DNA from: Folioceros fuciformis
Lineage: Eukaryota
Reading direction: 5' to 3'
Assembly (NCBI GenBank): GCA_049999805.1
Contig: JBNGIO010006178.1
Span: 195,055 to 259,054 of the forward strand
Length of the DNA: 64,000 bases
Part shown: piece after piece, positions 61,696 to 64,000 of the stretch
Layout of the letters: the number at the start of each line of letters is the position of its first letter
Numbering within the stretch: position 1 is the stretch's first letter
Program-made: the position numbers and the translations under genes
Notes under the pieces: model-generated
The model's input: only the letters and a program-made list of their open reading frames with translations
Databases searched by the model: none
Told to the model about the DNA's origin: nothing

Positions 61696-62538
61696 TCACT
61701 TGACGTTCTCCACTTGCACGATCACCTTTCTGCTCAACTGCTTAGCTACGCTAAACATGTCCAGCAGAACGCCTGGACTCAGACCAGCTCCATTTCTCTT
61801 GGTCACGCCAGTGATCATCCCCTGCGGATTCACAGCCACGGACACCGCAGAGCTGAAACACGATTCCTCTTCAGCGGTAGCATCCACAATATAATGCTTC
61901 CCGACCTTAGTCAAGGTAACCAGAATCGGAACCCGTGAAGCGTCCAGCTTCGAGTAGCCCTCGGGATTTCCATCGTCCACATCCACTTCGACCTCCGCGT
62001 CCTCAGACCCAGCAGAAGTAATCTCAACCTTGGGAATGCCCGTGTTAGCGAGAGCAGCCTTAACGGCGATGGAGAGACAGTCCAGCAAATTGCCGTCGGA
62101 GCTCAGAACCAAACCGTCAATGTACAACACCCAGCAGATCTTGGCGTCCAGCAACCCTAAGGAGGCCGGGTCTATGGCGGCCCCAGCCCCGTTCCCGCCC
62201 CCCAGGAGGCTCCTCTCCAGCGCTCCGACCAGCTCCTGAGAGAGGTCGTCGCCTCCCCTGCCCTGAAACTCGGGGGCTGCAGTGGCCGAGCAGTCCACCG
62301 AGACGAGCATGTAGCCGTGCCCAGGACGGCCTGCCGGAGGCGTGCCCAGCTCCGCCTTCACGCTGGCTATCACATCCGTGCCTCCCAGCCTCACCCGCGC
62401 TGATCCATTGGCCAGTGGAATCACTCCAGGCTCCACTGAGAAGCGCCGGTACTGGAGGCGACTGCGACCGTCGGCTCGCAGATCGTCATAAACGCCGCCC
62501 TCGGTGTATCTCCGCTCTGCTTTCGACACTACTCCCAT
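61696..62538 (-). CDS. RRP42: Exosome core subunit RRP42 (RNase PH-like), intronless
   Basis: DLRADGRSRLQYR, GVIPLANGSARVRLGGTDVIASVKAELG, VDCSATAAPEFQGRGG, CWVLYIDGLVLSSDGNLLD, IVDATAEEE. First ATG at 62538. Confidence 0.95.
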   Translation of the reverse strand: MGVVSKAERRYTEGGVYDDLRADGRSRLQYRRFSVEPGVIPLANGSARVRLGGTDVIASVKAELGTPPAGRPGHGYMLVSVDCSATAAPEFQGRGGDDLSQELVGALERSLLGGGNGAGAAIDPASLGLLDAKICWVLYIDGLVLSSDGNLLDCLSIAVKAALANTGIPKVEITSAGSEDAEVEVDVDDGNPEGYSKLDASRVPILVTLTKVGKHYIVDATAEEESCFSSAVSVAVNPQGMITGVTKRNGAGLSPGVLLDMFSVAKQLSRKVIVQVENVK

Positions 62539-62598
62539 CGTCGCCACCACGAACGGAAAAAAGTTGAGAGAGCAATGAACGAAGCCTGTCTGGAACTT

Positions 62599-62606
62599 AA
62601 CCCTAA
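62599..62606. promoter_or_regulatory. Telo-box-like element (AACCCTAA) upstream of RRP42
   Basis: AACCCTAA lies ~60 bp upstream of the RRP42 ATG. Telo-boxes are known in plant ribosome-biogenesis gene promoters and 5' UTRs. Confidence 0.5.
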
Positions 62607-62643
62607 TCCGACAGGAAGGGAGGACGCTTCCACAACCATCTAG

Positions 62644-63580
62644 CTATGCGGACTCCCTGCGAGACTTCTTCTGCTTCTTCCTCTGCTTTGGTACATCTCC
62701 TTTACCAGCAACCGTATGCCTCTCCTGAGGTTCTTCAATTGGCCGCTTCGGTGGCGGAGTCCTGGTTTCTGCAGCCAGCCAGAAAGGTTTTGCTATGACT
62801 TGATGAAAGCAAAAGAGACAAACATGAACGGGAGATTTTCAGACCGAATGCAACACCCTCTGGACAGAATGTGCGTACCCTCGCTCGCAGGGACGCTGCG
62901 CTTAATTTCTCTTTCAGACCTGTCCTCTCCTGGCACGGCAGCTTCCCTTCCAGCAGCCCGAACGAAGCTGACAGAGTGAGAAATACTTCTGACTGGGCAA
63001 GGCACATCCGAGGAAGTGTCAGAAGCTGGGGCAAACAGCTGGGTTCAGGACCATGCTTCGAACATAACGCAGTTGTAAAAGCAGAAGGACAAGGGGGACT
63101 TGACAAACCGGCAAAAGAATCTGTAGAGGATATAGGCACAAAAGCATACGCCTCAGGTCCCTCCAGCTTCTCCTCTTTAACTACACTGAAGCAGTCTCCT
63201 GCAGCCACAAGAGTTCAGAGGCAAGCACACCTCAAGGTGACTGCAGCTAGAGTCTCAAATGAGGGCTTACCTTGCGAATTAAAAAAATGACCGAGCTTCC
63301 CATCGGCGGCAGCTGTGTGCATCCTCCATTGCTTGTCCACGAGATCATGGGGTCCCAGCTGCAGGACAGCCAGGCAACATCAATACGGGATTCGGGACGC
63401 ATCAAGGACAACAAACAGTTCGCAGAAGGCGGGCAGGGTTGGAGGTACATATTGAGACGGAATTCGCACAAGCCATAACTCCGTGTTGTCTGCCGTGGCT
63501 TCCTCGGCCAGCGACTCGAACTTGTCTAATCTCTTGAAATGTTTCGGTGGCATATACCTATCCTCCTCTGCGTTCTCCAT
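62644..63580 (-). CDS. RNA polymerase I subunit RPA34-like / Mediator-associated protein 2-like, 5 exons
   Basis: YMPPKHF..NTELWLVRIP N-terminal motif typical of RPA34.5-fold proteins; AYAFVP..VRSISHSVSFVR; Lys-rich tail KQRKKQKKSRRESA* with stop at 62644-62646. Confidence 0.7.
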
Positions 63581-63720
63581 GCTGGGCGGTGCGACGGAGG
63601 TTCCTGCGCACACGAACTTGAAGCGACCCTTCCCAAAGGCGTGGGATGCCGTAGATATGTATTTGTATCCGGTCCGATTTATAGGCTCGATCGCGGGGCA
63701 AGTCCCTAGTTCTGGTGAAC

Positions 63721-63791
63721 TCGCCCTTAGAGAACAACATGGATATGTTGTTGTGGAAGAACAACATATCCATGTTGTTCTCTAAGAGCGA
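63721..63791. repeat. Perfect 27-bp inverted repeat (hairpin) with 7-nt loop
   Basis: CTTAGAGAACAACATGGATATGTTGTT-GTGGAAG-AACAACATATCCATGTTGTTCTCTAAG, extended by TCGC/GCGA after one mismatch. Confidence 0.95.
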
Positions 63792-63804
63792 AAAGGTTAA
63801 TTAT

Positions 63805-63935
63805 TTTTTACCTTTGGCCTACTTACTTTACGTTGTTCTTCTAATCTTTAAAATAGATAAATTTTCATAATACACCAATCCATGGCTTTTTAGAGTAGAT
63901 AAAACTTTTCATCTCTCTTTTAATAATAAAAGATA
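63805..63935 (+). mobile_element. 3'-UTR remnant(s) of the CRE-like element
   Basis: CCTTTGGCC..TTGTTCTTCTAATCTTT and GAGTAGAT..CTTTTCATCTCTCTTTTAATAATAAAA match the 3' ends at ~3795-3870 and ~5090-5165. Confidence 0.7.
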
Positions 63936-64000
63936 TAATACAGATGCAAGGACTATAAATTCATAATTGTTTTTTTAAAATACGTATTTCATACTCAAAT

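Overview
Eukaryotic nuclear DNA from a compact land-plant genome. It is gene-dense, with short spliceosomal introns (mostly ~70-170 bp), plastid-targeted genes (PPD6, CAC3) and a flagellar radial-spoke gene (RSPH9). That fits a seed-free plant with motile sperm; a hornwort-like genome is my inference, not something I can prove. About 15 apparently intact protein genes: RopGDI, GNAT acetyltransferase, RRP6-like, RSPH9, an orphan myristoylation-motif gene, LIP1-type lipase, a coiled-coil protein, PPD6, TBC RabGAP, CAC3, SGR6/MROH1, PhyH dioxygenase, GT29 sialyltransferase-like, RRP42 and an RPA34/Mediator-associated-protein-2-like gene. They sit in GC-richer blocks separated by AT-rich islands of decayed mobile DNA and minisatellites. 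Most notable observations: (1) a CRE-clade restriction-like-endonuclease non-LTR retrotransposon inactivated by transitions with no frameshift seen, plus two shorter relatives; (2) a tandemly duplicated head-to-head PPD6/RabGAP pair with reciprocal gene loss; (3) four GC-AG introns in one gene; (4) two likely rRNA-biogenesis genes only 105 bp apart in tandem (candidate dicistronic unit); (5) an intronless RSPH9 next to an orphan His-rich gene in an AT-rich island; (6) a telomere-heptamer minisatellite island. I could not establish a wholly new multi-gene system from sequence alone. Exon boundaries were traced by eye, and homologue comparisons are from memory.
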